Virus record (IMG/VR): IMGVR_UViG_3300029319_000003
Location: 96,001 to 160,000 of that record
From: a virus
Reading direction: 5' to 3' (one strand)
Length of the DNA stretch: 64,000 nt
This document shows positions 9,532 to 21,500 of the stretch, piece by piece (the first letter of the stretch is position 1; every line of letters starts with the position of its first letter). Made by a program: the position numbers and the translations under genes. The notes below the pieces were generated by a model. The model was given only the letters and a program-made list of their open reading frames with translations, made no database searches and was not told the DNA's origin.

Positions 9532-12500
9532 TAACTGTCATCTCCAAATATTTTGCCGGGTCTGCTTGTAGAAACGGTCGCAGTAGGTGCGGAGGTTCTT
9601 GCAACCACAGAGGTGGATGTTTGAGCAGCGACCAGTGCAGATTCTGGATCGTCAATCCGACGTAATGTCGGATCAACAGACACATCTTCTGCTGGAGGCA
9701 TAAACTCAATCACTCCTTCAACATTAACCTTTTCGACCAGTGAGCAGAAATCATATGGCCAGTTGTAACTATACTCTGGGGCTTTTTTACCGACGGCAAA
9801 GTCAAACTTGAATCGATGGTCATCTGCTGAATCTGCGGTGATAGAGTAGTAATTTTGTTCTGCACGCTTCTTGACCTTAAATGTTAACCACCTGACGTTT
9901 GGAGGTAGATTCTTTCCTTCATAGAATTCAATCTTATTCATTTCATGAGAAATGACTGCCTCATCGCGTTCAGCGCGGGTGCCAATTTTTGGAGTAAGCC
10001 CTTGCCAAATATCTGATAAGTCTTTGTTGTCGAAAGTGTGATTGAACTCAAAGACGTACATAACGAATGGGAACTCTCCAGACTTCAACGGGAACCGAAC
10101 AAAATCATATTGTGGGGGAATGTTGTAAACCTTCATTCGCTTAATCATGTCAGAAACCGATGTGTCCCAAACATCCTCTTCCGAGCCATACTCACCTTGC
10201 GGGATCGCGGGCTTACCGGCTTCGACGTTTGTCTTGGTGAGGTTGAACAGTTTTTTCGATATTTTAAAGAAGTTTCGCCCTGCAACCGTCACGGTCTTTG
10301 CGCCATAGTTGCTCGGCTCGTCCACAAAGGGGATCATAACAATCGCTTCAGATATATCTTTTTCATCAGCAACTTCACCAATACGGGAGAATCCCGGTGT
10401 AAAACCACAAACATCAATCAAAGAACCAACTGGACGGGAGCCAACTTGAACAGTTGATAGGTATGCTATAGAGTCGCTTGGTAGTTCCTGAGTAAACCAT
10501 GTTGAGGAGGCAAAATATTGACCGAGGGGTGCATAATCATATGCTCGATAAACTTCTTCGCGTGGTCCGTAAATAACCACTGCATTTAAGTTACCGGCAT
10601 CATATACGGGACCATCAATGTCCAAAGAAGATAGTGTTGCATCAAAATCATCGTACCCAGAGATCGTGGTAAACATCTGGGCGGCGACTTGCTCAGTCGT
10701 CTGGGTCGAAATTGTTCTAATCCTGATTCCGGTCATACCAGTTGGGTTTGGATCATTACTGTTTGAGGTGCCGTCATCAAACCAAACATAGTAAGGATTG
10801 TTTGATTTTCCGTAAATAACAAAATATCCCTGATCAACCCCTGCGCCTCCAAGGTATGCGTTGTTGGAATAATAAGAACCAGACTCGGGGATAACCAGCG
10901 TGACTTGACGCCGACCGTCTTGCAGCGACTGTCGGTCTTTGAGTTCATAACTTTCTGCCAAAGACATAAACACCCCGTCCTTGCTTGTTGGTTTCTCTCC
11001 ATATCCCGTCCACATACCAATTCCAGCGCCAGCCTTGCCAGAAGTATTAATTTCATTCTCGGACCCAAACGCCGGGATCGCATTCCGCACACTTCCTGTT
11101 GCTTTTGTAACAAAGTTTGTATTATCTTCGTTATTAAAGTCGAGAATAGGACATTCGAATCTCGGCTGAATAACCCATGTATCAAAAGTACTTGAATTAG
11201 AATCCTGTGCGGTCTGTGGCAAGAACTCCGTCTGAGTTACATCTGACAAGTTCTCTCGGTTGGGAGTTTGAACCACATCGTATGTTACTTCGCGAAGTCG
11301 GGTTTTTCCAAGCATGTTAATAGACGATGACATTGGCATCCGAGCCTGCCAAGCAGGGGATTTTTTATAATAATTAAATACATTACCATTCGTCCCGCCT
11401 GCTGAAAGAATGTCTCCAATCGCATACATCAAACCTTCACCATTCTCGCCGTACTTTGATCGGATGAATGGCATGGCTCGCGGGACGCCTTGCTGGACAT
11501 ACAGTTTGGCTTCGGAAACAATATCTCCCACGCCGTCGGAATTAACATTAACAGAGCGGAAGAGTTCTGCCGCTTCGGGGTTTAAGTCTTCAATTTCAAC
11601 TCCTGCCAGAATCTCATCCAAAGTATATTTCTTTGTCTCTGTTGCTACGAATGAAAGTCGTGCTGTTGCTCGTCCGTAAAAATACGGAGGCGTGTATGGT
11701 GCCTGTGCAGGATCTTGAATTTTAGCCAAGTCATTGTCGCCTTCATAGAGCGCAGAAGAGGTGACCAGCATTCCAGCAGCGTGATCGTCTTGAACAGAGT
11801 CTTCACCACCACCTGTTAGTACTTCATACATACGGTGCATGTCGGGATCATCGTAAAACTCACTAGGATCAATTGTAATAACCTCGCCATTTGTTTTATA
11901 TCTAAACGGAGGACCAAAATAACGACCCTTTGTTGAGCGCGGCACACTTACCGCCAGTTCTTCATCCTGTCTAAGTTCTTCACGACCAGCAGTTCGACCC
12001 GACTCTTCACTGCCATAAGGACTGACCATCATATCAAAATTTTCTGATTTGTGCAAATTAACATCCATGTAATACACAGTACCCGAAACCATGCTTTTAA
12101 ATCTATTTTCTGGCTGTGAGGCGAATGTGACCATGCCCTTGTTTTTGAGGAAGAATTTTGGAGTCTCTGCAAGGAAGTTGTGCATAGCCAACTCGTAAAG
12201 ATTGTCTTTCTCTCCATTCCATTCAAAGTATGGATATACCCAAGGAGTTCCGCTGGCTAACTTCATATCTGTATTTGTGTTCCATAAATAACTTGGAAGG
12301 TGCGGGTAGCCCAACTCATCACCTCGATAATATGTTGGTGCTGTCATATAAATACGAGCAGAGGACCATTGGGTTGAAGAATCTTTTCGCGGCAAAAGAC
12401 TAAGATCAACAAGCGCTTCAAATGGAAGCCGCATGTCCGGTGTGCGATCAATAAGGTAGCCACAACTTTGTGAAAGCCAAATCTTTCCGTCCTGAGAATC

Positions 12501-15500
12501 GTCACTGAACGGGGGGTTGGGATCTGTACGCCGGATAGCCATCGGTTGGGCTTGACGTGTGTCATTTTTGGCAGCGGTGTTCAATCTTACAAGTTTGAAC
12601 CCTTGCATTTTTTTCCTACCCTGATACATGAACACTTCGTCGTACACGTCTTTTAGTGAATTGTCTGTCTGGCGCTCTAGGAATTGCCTATTCTCATCAT
12701 TGTTGGAGGTGTCTTCAACAACATTTCTCTGCACCTCGCCATAGAAGTTCGGCTTTGTGTACTCATCCATCAGTGCTTCCATTGGATTTAAAGCAAGATT
12801 ATCCGTACCAGTGAAAAGTGGCCAGTCTACTGCAATTCCAGCCTTAACAGTGTTGTATAAAATACCGGGTGCCATGAAGGGCTGCAAACAGGCTTGTCGA
12901 ATCTGGTCTGTCTCAAGTCCGTCGGCGGCTGTAATATTATCAAACATTGCATCAGCAAATAGTTTCCCAATTTGCACGGACCTTTGATTTGGGTAGAATC
13001 CGTTATATGGCAGCAACTTCTTAACTGCATTCACCTTGAGAGTAAATCTAGGCGACGATGCTCCATTAAGATTTTGATGATCCTGTGCGATCTTGTCCAT
13101 ATGAACAATTGTATCGGTGTGTGCATATGTATCGAAGAATTTATCATTGAACTCCAAAGAGGAGCCAACTTGCTTGGATGTGGGAGGTACGCCCATGCGG
13201 TACCACGCCACCAAGTTTGGTGTGTGCCCGTAGCGATCCCAATCATCAGCCTCATCTTCCGCGTTCATGATAAGTTCGTTTGCATTCCATGAAGTACATG
13301 TGCCAGACGAACTCACTGTTGATTCATAAGAGGAGTTCCGCTTGTATACCTCAGTCTTATTGACGACGTGGGGGTTTGTTATTACAAACGGATGACAGGT
13401 TGTGCCCTTGATTGCCGCCCTCACGCCTGATGTTTCTCCGTATTCATTCGCGGCAAGTTCGGCATCATAAAACAGTGCATTAACATTCACGGGCTTGCCG
13501 TGGTTATAGACTCTGGTAACATCAGTGGAACTCAACATACCCCGCGCAATTACAAACTCATCCATCTGACCGTAGAATGGTGCTCCTGCGCCCGGTTTTT
13601 TCGTAAGATAACTGGTGCCAATTTTAACATCACTGATGTAAGTCCATTCTGGGGATGTGGTGGTATTAGCCTTTGCAAAAGAAGAATTTCTCAACGGAGT
13701 TGCGGCGTCAGGGAAGGCTGAAATATTAGCATATCCAGAGGCTTTGGATTCATAAAAAGATACTGGTACATCATCTTCGGTGCCAGTGTTTACATGGGGC
13801 TCGTCGTCAGTCTTGTTGTTGACAGCGGGTAGATAAGTCGAATCGGAATCGTAAGCGTGAGGCTGGGCGAGTCCGTCAACATCGTTCCAAGTTGCAACTC
13901 CAAGTTTTGTATGATCAAGACCATTGTTATCTGATAAGCCAGCCGCGTTGCTACCGCCCTTAAAACTATAATATGCCGTACCTACATTGTGTGTACCCAC
14001 ATTGTCCCACAGACCCAAGTTTGCTCGCTGAAGCATTCCGTATACAGGGCTTCCATTAACCCACACGCGAATGCAGGAATTGCCAGCGTTTTCAAGAGCG
14101 AGGTCGCCATCAGTACCGGCATACTTCAAATTGCTTCCCGCGCCGCCCTTGTCGATTGCCACTGGGGGGATGTATTGAACTGCAATATGTGTCCAAATTC
14201 CCGGTTCGATGACTGTCGGATTGTTCAACTCTGGGTCGTTCCAAAACCTCACAATGTTTTTCTGATCTTCACCGGGCTGATTTGAATCACCTGTTAGCGT
14301 ACCAAGAGATTCAAAGAAACTATCAACCTGCCCTTGTGGGTTAATATCATGAGTAGCGCCATCCGCTGCTGTTAAATGATAATTTCCAACATCTGCATTA
14401 TTACAACGAGTATCAAACCAGTGAAGTTGTTTCCTTGTTTGTACTTCGGTCCCTCCAACAAATTCTGGCACTTTACCAGTGCCGCCGGCACAGTGCTCCG
14501 AACTTCGGCGCAACCACATACCTTGCCAATAGTTCGCGATAGTGGCGTTGACTGGATCATACGAGTCGCCTTCAATCTTGTCTTGATGCCGGTTTCCTTC
14601 CTGTTCATACAGGCTGCTCGCCCCGCCAAACGATTCCTCATCCGACATAGGGCTGATAACACTTGTCGCGTTGGGCATTTCGTCATCGCTATAAGAACCA
14701 GAGAAGCCGGCATAACCATATGATCCAACATACCTGTTTTGCATGTCTTCATCATCGACATTTTCTGGAAGTTTCACCCAGAATGATGTAAAGAACGGAG
14801 TTCCTTGTCTAGCAGTTTTTCCAAGGGCAGTGGTCGTAGCGTCCGTTGGACCGGGACCACCGGCTGCTTTGGTGAGTTGCCCCCACGGTGCATCAACAAA
14901 GCCCTTCGTAACCATTGAATAAGTGTCCGACGAGGTATTCACGCCAGTGCCGCCCAGTGTATATTCAGTAAAATAATTACCGCCTGTTGTCGAGAGATCA
15001 ACAGTGCTATCAAGATGTGCCCAAAGCCTGTCGTTTGTGTCATGAATTTCTGCAACAAAATCAGCAGCCGCAGTTGTTCCAAGCGCCGATGCTGAAGCAT
15101 ATGTTGATGTATGCATTTCGCCGCTATCGTCTACGTTGAACGCCAGCGCGGCATTAGGGCTGGAGTCAACACTCGTCTGCAAACTGGATGTAACAGTATT
15201 TAAAAATTCATCATTCAAATATGAATTTCTTGCAAGAGTAATAATTCCATGATTAGTTTTTGCTGCAACAAAGCCGCCATTCACAATGGCTTTATTCGGC
15301 TCGCCAGTGTAAGATGTTTCAAAAGTTGTGCCCTCGTCGTGGCTATATGTCGTAGTAAGTTTTGCTTCTGACTTTCCACTGCCAGTGATGCCGCCACCCG
15401 GCAATTCCAAGAAGTCTTTATTATCAACTCTAAAGTCGCCACCATTTATCGTAACGTAATGTGACATATGTGAGGAAATATTAAACTCAGGAACTACTGT

Positions 15501-18500
15501 ATATTTCTTGGTAGCGGAACGAATGTCTGCGTCATAATCCTCATAATCATTATACCAAGGATAGCGACCAATTGCGCCAGAAACTTTCGGAGTGTGCCAC
15601 GGCAAACCTGCTTCTTCCGCAACGTCTGACTGGCACTGGTGAATGTATTGCAGTTGTGCGCGGGGGGCAGGCTTGGTCCATACCACTTGCGTTGATCCGT
15701 TCATCAATCTTGATTTGGCAGTGGAGAAGGACGAGACGGCTTCAATAAACGACGAAGTGGGGCGCACCATTCTCATCATTCTCTCAAGACCCATGTAAGC
15801 AAGATCGCCCTTGTATTCTTTGCGGTAAACTAGTGGAAACGTCTGTTGGTCATCGGTGGTTTCTGTATTATTAATTTCAGACAACACTTGGGCTGCATAT
15901 GTGATTCCGTTATCAAAGTCGTCCATACACCAAATAGAATCAAACTGGTAGCGGTAATGGTTACTTCTTTGAATTTTGGAAGCGTTATCATTAACATGCT
16001 GGGCATTTTCAAAGCAGCCATTATAACTGCTTGCCATGTCTGCAACAACGTCTTCCCAACTCTCATAACTTGCACGATTGGAACCCATCCCAGCCCAGCC
16101 AGCCTTTATTGCCATCCAGTTCCACTGAAGGTTGTATCTTGCTGTCGCCTGCTTGCCATAAACAGCATTAACACTGCCCGTGCTGCGGATGCGGATGCCG
16201 TCTTTAAGTTGCTCGCCAAAATGGTTTCCTGTTACAGATGTACTGACTTCATTGCTGCATGAAATATCCCGCCAGAATGAACGAATAATTCCAGAGTTTC
16301 TATCGTACCCGTTTGACCCGGTGCCGGCAACCTCTGCATATTCTGTTCTACTGCGAACCTTATTTAAAGTGACGTGCCTGTGTTTTGGATAAATATATTC
16401 TGAGTATTTGAGTGATACAAAGTCGATTTGTGAATCTACAGAATCACCAGCATACAAAGAGTACAATTGATCGTACATTTGATCTGTAGAGCACTTAACC
16501 TTTCCGATTCGGTTTGTCAAGTGTGGATTTGCATAACACTCAAGATTATTACTGTAAGGGTGCTTTAATCTCGATCCAAGATCGCTGCCGTCCATATTAA
16601 GTCGATGGGTCATCGGCAAGTTCCATGCAACGCTCGGCTCAATGTAGTTTACAAACGTATCAGATCTTGAATCTCTAAATACAACTTCTCGTCCTGCGGA
16701 AGAAGTAAAGTTTCTAATTACTGGTCGATCCATGACCGAAATTGTGTTGGACTTTCTGTGAGCCCGCCAAACTGGGTTTTGACCAGACCTAACCTGCTTC
16801 CAAGAACCCCAACCCCAAGGACCATGACGGTGATTGATGAGCGCATTGGTAGATGCAGCCATGCCCAAGGCATATCCATCGTGTGCCACCATTGCACGCT
16901 CGCCATCGACAGATGGAAGCCCGGTAACAAACTGCTGATTAATATAATTCCAATTTCCATAAACGTCTGTTGTTGATGGAGTGCTGGTAGTTTTCCAATC
17001 AAACTTCGAAGACGTATATCCAACAGTATTGCTTGCAGTGTTGATTGGTTCGTAAATGATTGTATTTAAGTTAACAAAATCAACTGGAATGTATGGGTTC
17101 ACCACAGTGTCTTTGTCAGCACCGTGGGATTTGCCATATCCTTGTTTAGCAAAAAAGTAGCCGTGAGGGATAGGGATACTTGCGAAATCGCCAGCGCCGC
17201 TTGTGACCACACCAATGTCACTTGCAGTTGGGAATTGCAATTGATGATTGTACTCGGGAGAACCATAGTTGTGGGTTCTGCTCATGCCAATCGATAAGTT
17301 ATCAAACCTTGTAACATAGCCCCTTCGAAGGTGTGCTTGAGAGCCGTCGAATTTGCGGGCGGTACCAGAACCTGCAACACTGTATTTTGTCGTTTTTATA
17401 GTAGAGTGTGTGTCCGTAAAGGTCACTTCATCCAGTTCGGTGTCGGAAATTTTCCCTGTCCCGTGGTTAGCAGCCCAAATAGGTTTAATTAAAATTGAAG
17501 CAGAGACACCTGAAGGATCTACATCAAACAACGAAGCGGTGTAAAAATGCCCTGCTCTTGAGCCAGTATCTTTGTTGTTAATTGCTGCCACAAGGCTTGT
17601 TGCTCCTTCGACACCGTTGGCTCCCTTGCTCCAAATCCCACCCCCCTCTACCATTGCGGGAATCGTATCATGAGGCGTCTCCAAGGTTAGTGACTTGCCA
17701 TTCATGTTAGAGGTATAAGTGCCACCTGTTTTACCCCCCGAGTTTACAACAATAACAACAGTTGCTGCGCCGGTAACAAGATCTTCTTTATAAGAATTGT
17801 GAACCCACGAATATTGATAATCAGATCGTGGAATTTGATGCTGGACATACCAGTTGTCATATTGTGTGCTACCGCTGGGCTTATAAAGTGTTTGATTGAA
17901 ATTGCTCAAATAACCGTGCGCGTCCACTGTATGGGCAGCATTTCTATTAACCTTGTGCCAGTTACCCGCTCCAGAGGTTTCAGCGAGCATTCCACCGGGA
18001 TAACCGCCGGCAAACCACTCTTCGCGTCCTCCTCCGATAAGGGTGTGTTCTGCCTGCCACATCTTAAGGTGATTGCGAACATCCAAGTTGCGATAATTTA
18101 AATTGTTATATGGCGACAACTCTCCAGACTCAAGATCTGTTGACCCCAACCCTAGAGTATCAGGAGCGCCGGGAGCGCTGAACCGAGAAGTAATAACATG
18201 TTCACTGCGACCTCGCACTGGCAAAGTATAATCAAATACGCCGCTAACCGCTGGAGATACGGTGACTGGTACCAACTTCTCATGGAGCGAACCACTCTTG
18301 ACAAGCCAGCGGTTTTGCTCGCCTCGACCAAAGGTTTGCAGAATCTCATAATCTCTTGCATAGTTTCCAAGATTAACTGATCCTGTGGTCGATTTAATAT
18401 TTCTTAAGTTGACTGGGCGTTTCGCCGTCTCATCACGAAGGCGATTCGCAGCCGGGTAGAACACACCGTATGCCACGGCTGCATCCATGAACGCTTGAGG

Positions 18501-21500
18501 GTGAGCAATACTAGAGCCGAGCCCTGTGAAGCGCCACAGTTCGGGGCGGTCGGTTGCCCTTTGACCAATGGTAAATGGCTCGATAGCGCCTGCGGCAAGC
18601 CCTGATGCGGCGTGCATTGTATTCTTCACGCAGTTGGTCATAAACCCTGCGGCAGTGACCACATCTCGATTCCCCGCAGCGCCTGCTACGTTTTGTGTCA
18701 GCGTGACAACTCCACCGGCACTGGTTGCGACAATTTTGCCAGCATGACCGTTTGAACTGTTGACCAGTGTTATGAAATTAGTAGCAGTTGTTGTTGCACT
18801 GCCCGCCGCATCAAATTCTTGATCCGAAGCAGTGGCATCACCAGCCCCAGTATTTATTACTTTGTAAGTAACTGAAGTTCCATCTGTCGAAATCAGAGTT
18901 ATTGTTCCGTTGTTTGCCGAAGCATAATTTGTTGGATGGAATTCAAATGAAGTCGATGCTTTCGCCTCTGTTGACAACTTAACATCCACATGTCGGTGTT
19001 GGTTTCCTCCAACATGAGCATGGGTAAACGGACCCTGCATTGCAGTTTCTTTCTGAGGTCCATATGAATCGTCGTGAATGTTGGCTTTGTATTCAGTGCC
19101 TGTATTAACATCTTCATATATCGACCAAGGAGACTGGAATGAACTCTTGAACTGCCCACCGGCTCCGGTGTGTCCGGCAACTGCGTTGTCAACGACAGTC
19201 ATCGCGTCATCTTTAGGCTTCTTGTCGAGCGGGAATCGCGAAGCGAGATTATCAGTGCTCAGAGCCTCTGCATTCAACTCGTCGTAAAAATCCAACGACC
19301 CTGTTTGGATACCAGCCGGCAAACCACGAATAAAGTCATTAGAGTTTCTTTTATTTACAGGGAAGTTGGTGCCACCATGAATTGTTTGGGGTGCCTGCAC
19401 GGCGAACCTGTAAGGTCTACCAAGTCGTTGAATCGCATAAGTCGATCCTTGGTAAACAGTGTTTGTGCGACCTTTATAAAGTCGGGGATTTTTATTACCC
19501 CAATATCCATCAATATCTTTTATTTTAACTGACTGAACCGTAGTTCTGACGGCATCACTGCCCAGCCCACCAGCGAAAGCAGCAGAGATTGTTGCTGCGG
19601 ATAGGTTGTGCGTGATCGCAGTATTGCCATGAGCACCACCAGAGTCTTGCGTTAAAAGAACATCGCCAGTGCCGCCGGGATCTGATGCTGTAATCGAAAC
19701 ATCCTTTTGGGCATTAATAACTGCAATCCATCGGTCTGCGAAAGCCTCCAAACTTGCCAACCCACTCTGCCCAACAATGATATATCCAAGCCCATTCTTC
19801 GTACCATCAGCAGTGGTAACGCCACCGGTTACTTGAAATGTTGTTGATTTTCCAGATCCATCAGTTAATACAAGAGTCTCCCCGTCGTTACAGTAACTTG
19901 CAAAAGAAATTGTTGCAGTAGCCTGAGTTTCTGCACTTAATTGCCGCATGTCACGGGCGGCTTGTTCTGCCCACCACAAACTATTCTGGCTTTCTTCTCC
20001 ATCGCCAGCACCATTGCCGAAGCCATAAGGAATACTGAAACCGCTTAAATTATTGACAATTGCCGTGTTTCCGTTAACCCCCATTAGGTCTTGTGTCAAC
20101 GTGATAGAAGTGCTGGTTCCCGATGCAGTGATTGCGGCATCCGTCTGTGCGTTAATTACTGCTCTAATTCTGGTGGCGAAGTCCGAAAAACTGCTAACAC
20201 CTGATTGTCCAATAATCACATTACCACTGGCGTTCTTTGTCCCATCGGCTGTTGTCACGCCACCCGTAATTTCAAATGTGACTGAATCTCCGTCTGTATC
20301 AATCAGTGTGATTGTCTCTCCATTGTTAGCATATGAGCCGACAACCAGAACAGCAGTCGCAGCGGCGGTTGGCAATGTCGCATGACCATGCTTCCAGTCA
20401 TATCCCAACTCATGCACGCCACGGGCTGTTGCCTGCGGAGGTTCTTGTTTCATTTCAAGCGTCGGATATTTTGTCCAATACTTGTTACGTTCAAGAACGT
20501 GAGGTTCGACCATCGTCCGCATGCCTTCGGAGAAGTTAGCAGAAGCAGGAATCAATTCCTGAATCATGTAGCCCAGTGAAGCATCGAGCCACTTGTAGAA
20601 CTCAACATAACGATCTACTTTGGGAGTGTTGCCAATTGTATCAAAGAATGATTGGCGTAGTTTGCCAAGCATCTTATAGTCCATTCGATACCGATTGACT
20701 GGATCTCCGATTAAGTTGTTGAAGTCTTTGATTGTTGCGAACACATTTAAAATCTCTTCAGAGATCGTCGCATACATACTCTTTTCAACAGCAAAGAAAT
20801 GATTAATTGGTTCCGATTCTTTTGTATAATTTAAATCATCAGACTGTCCAGTTAAAATCTTAACTGTGTCTGCGGACTGTAAGTTTTCTGGCAACTGTTG
20901 ATATGCCGACAAGACATAATTTGTATCAACAACTTGCTTGGAGTCAGGATACCATTTGTCACCAACGCCGGGGTAGTCCACATCGACAACTGTGCTGATC
21001 CATCCATAGTCAGAGTAGTCTGACGACCCACTCGTAAGATCGTACACATAGAACGTAGAATCAGATAGAATGCCCGAGCCGTCATCTGGGCTGGAGCCTG
21101 TAACATTTGAGAAGTCCCAATGGAGAGCAAGCGTGTCCTTCTGAGGGACGTGAATTCCTTTACCACTTGGTGACAGACTGCTTTGAGCAAAATAAGCAGG
21201 CTTCATTGGGTTCATTCGACCAGCATTGCTGGCATCGCGGGCGTGCGCCTTAATTGTATCGTTGTCAATATAATCCAGCCAATATCTGACGCCTGACATT
21301 TTTACATCGCAACTATCAATTATTTTGACATTACTGTCCTTGTAAAGCGCTCCCATGTAAACACGCTTGTTTGCGTGAAGGAATGCTTGCGCCGGAGTTT
21401 GAGTAACGGGGGCTGAGATGGTGAACTCATTCTCCACCACGTCGAGCAACATGTTAACACCATATAGTTCAATGATGTACCCTGTTGTGCCCAACGTAGA

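Noticed and set aside
18640-20369. Module copies as a DGR template/variable repeat pair or a recent tandem duplication
   Set aside because: The DNA differs at many non-adenine and synonymous positions, and there is no reverse transcriptase in the window
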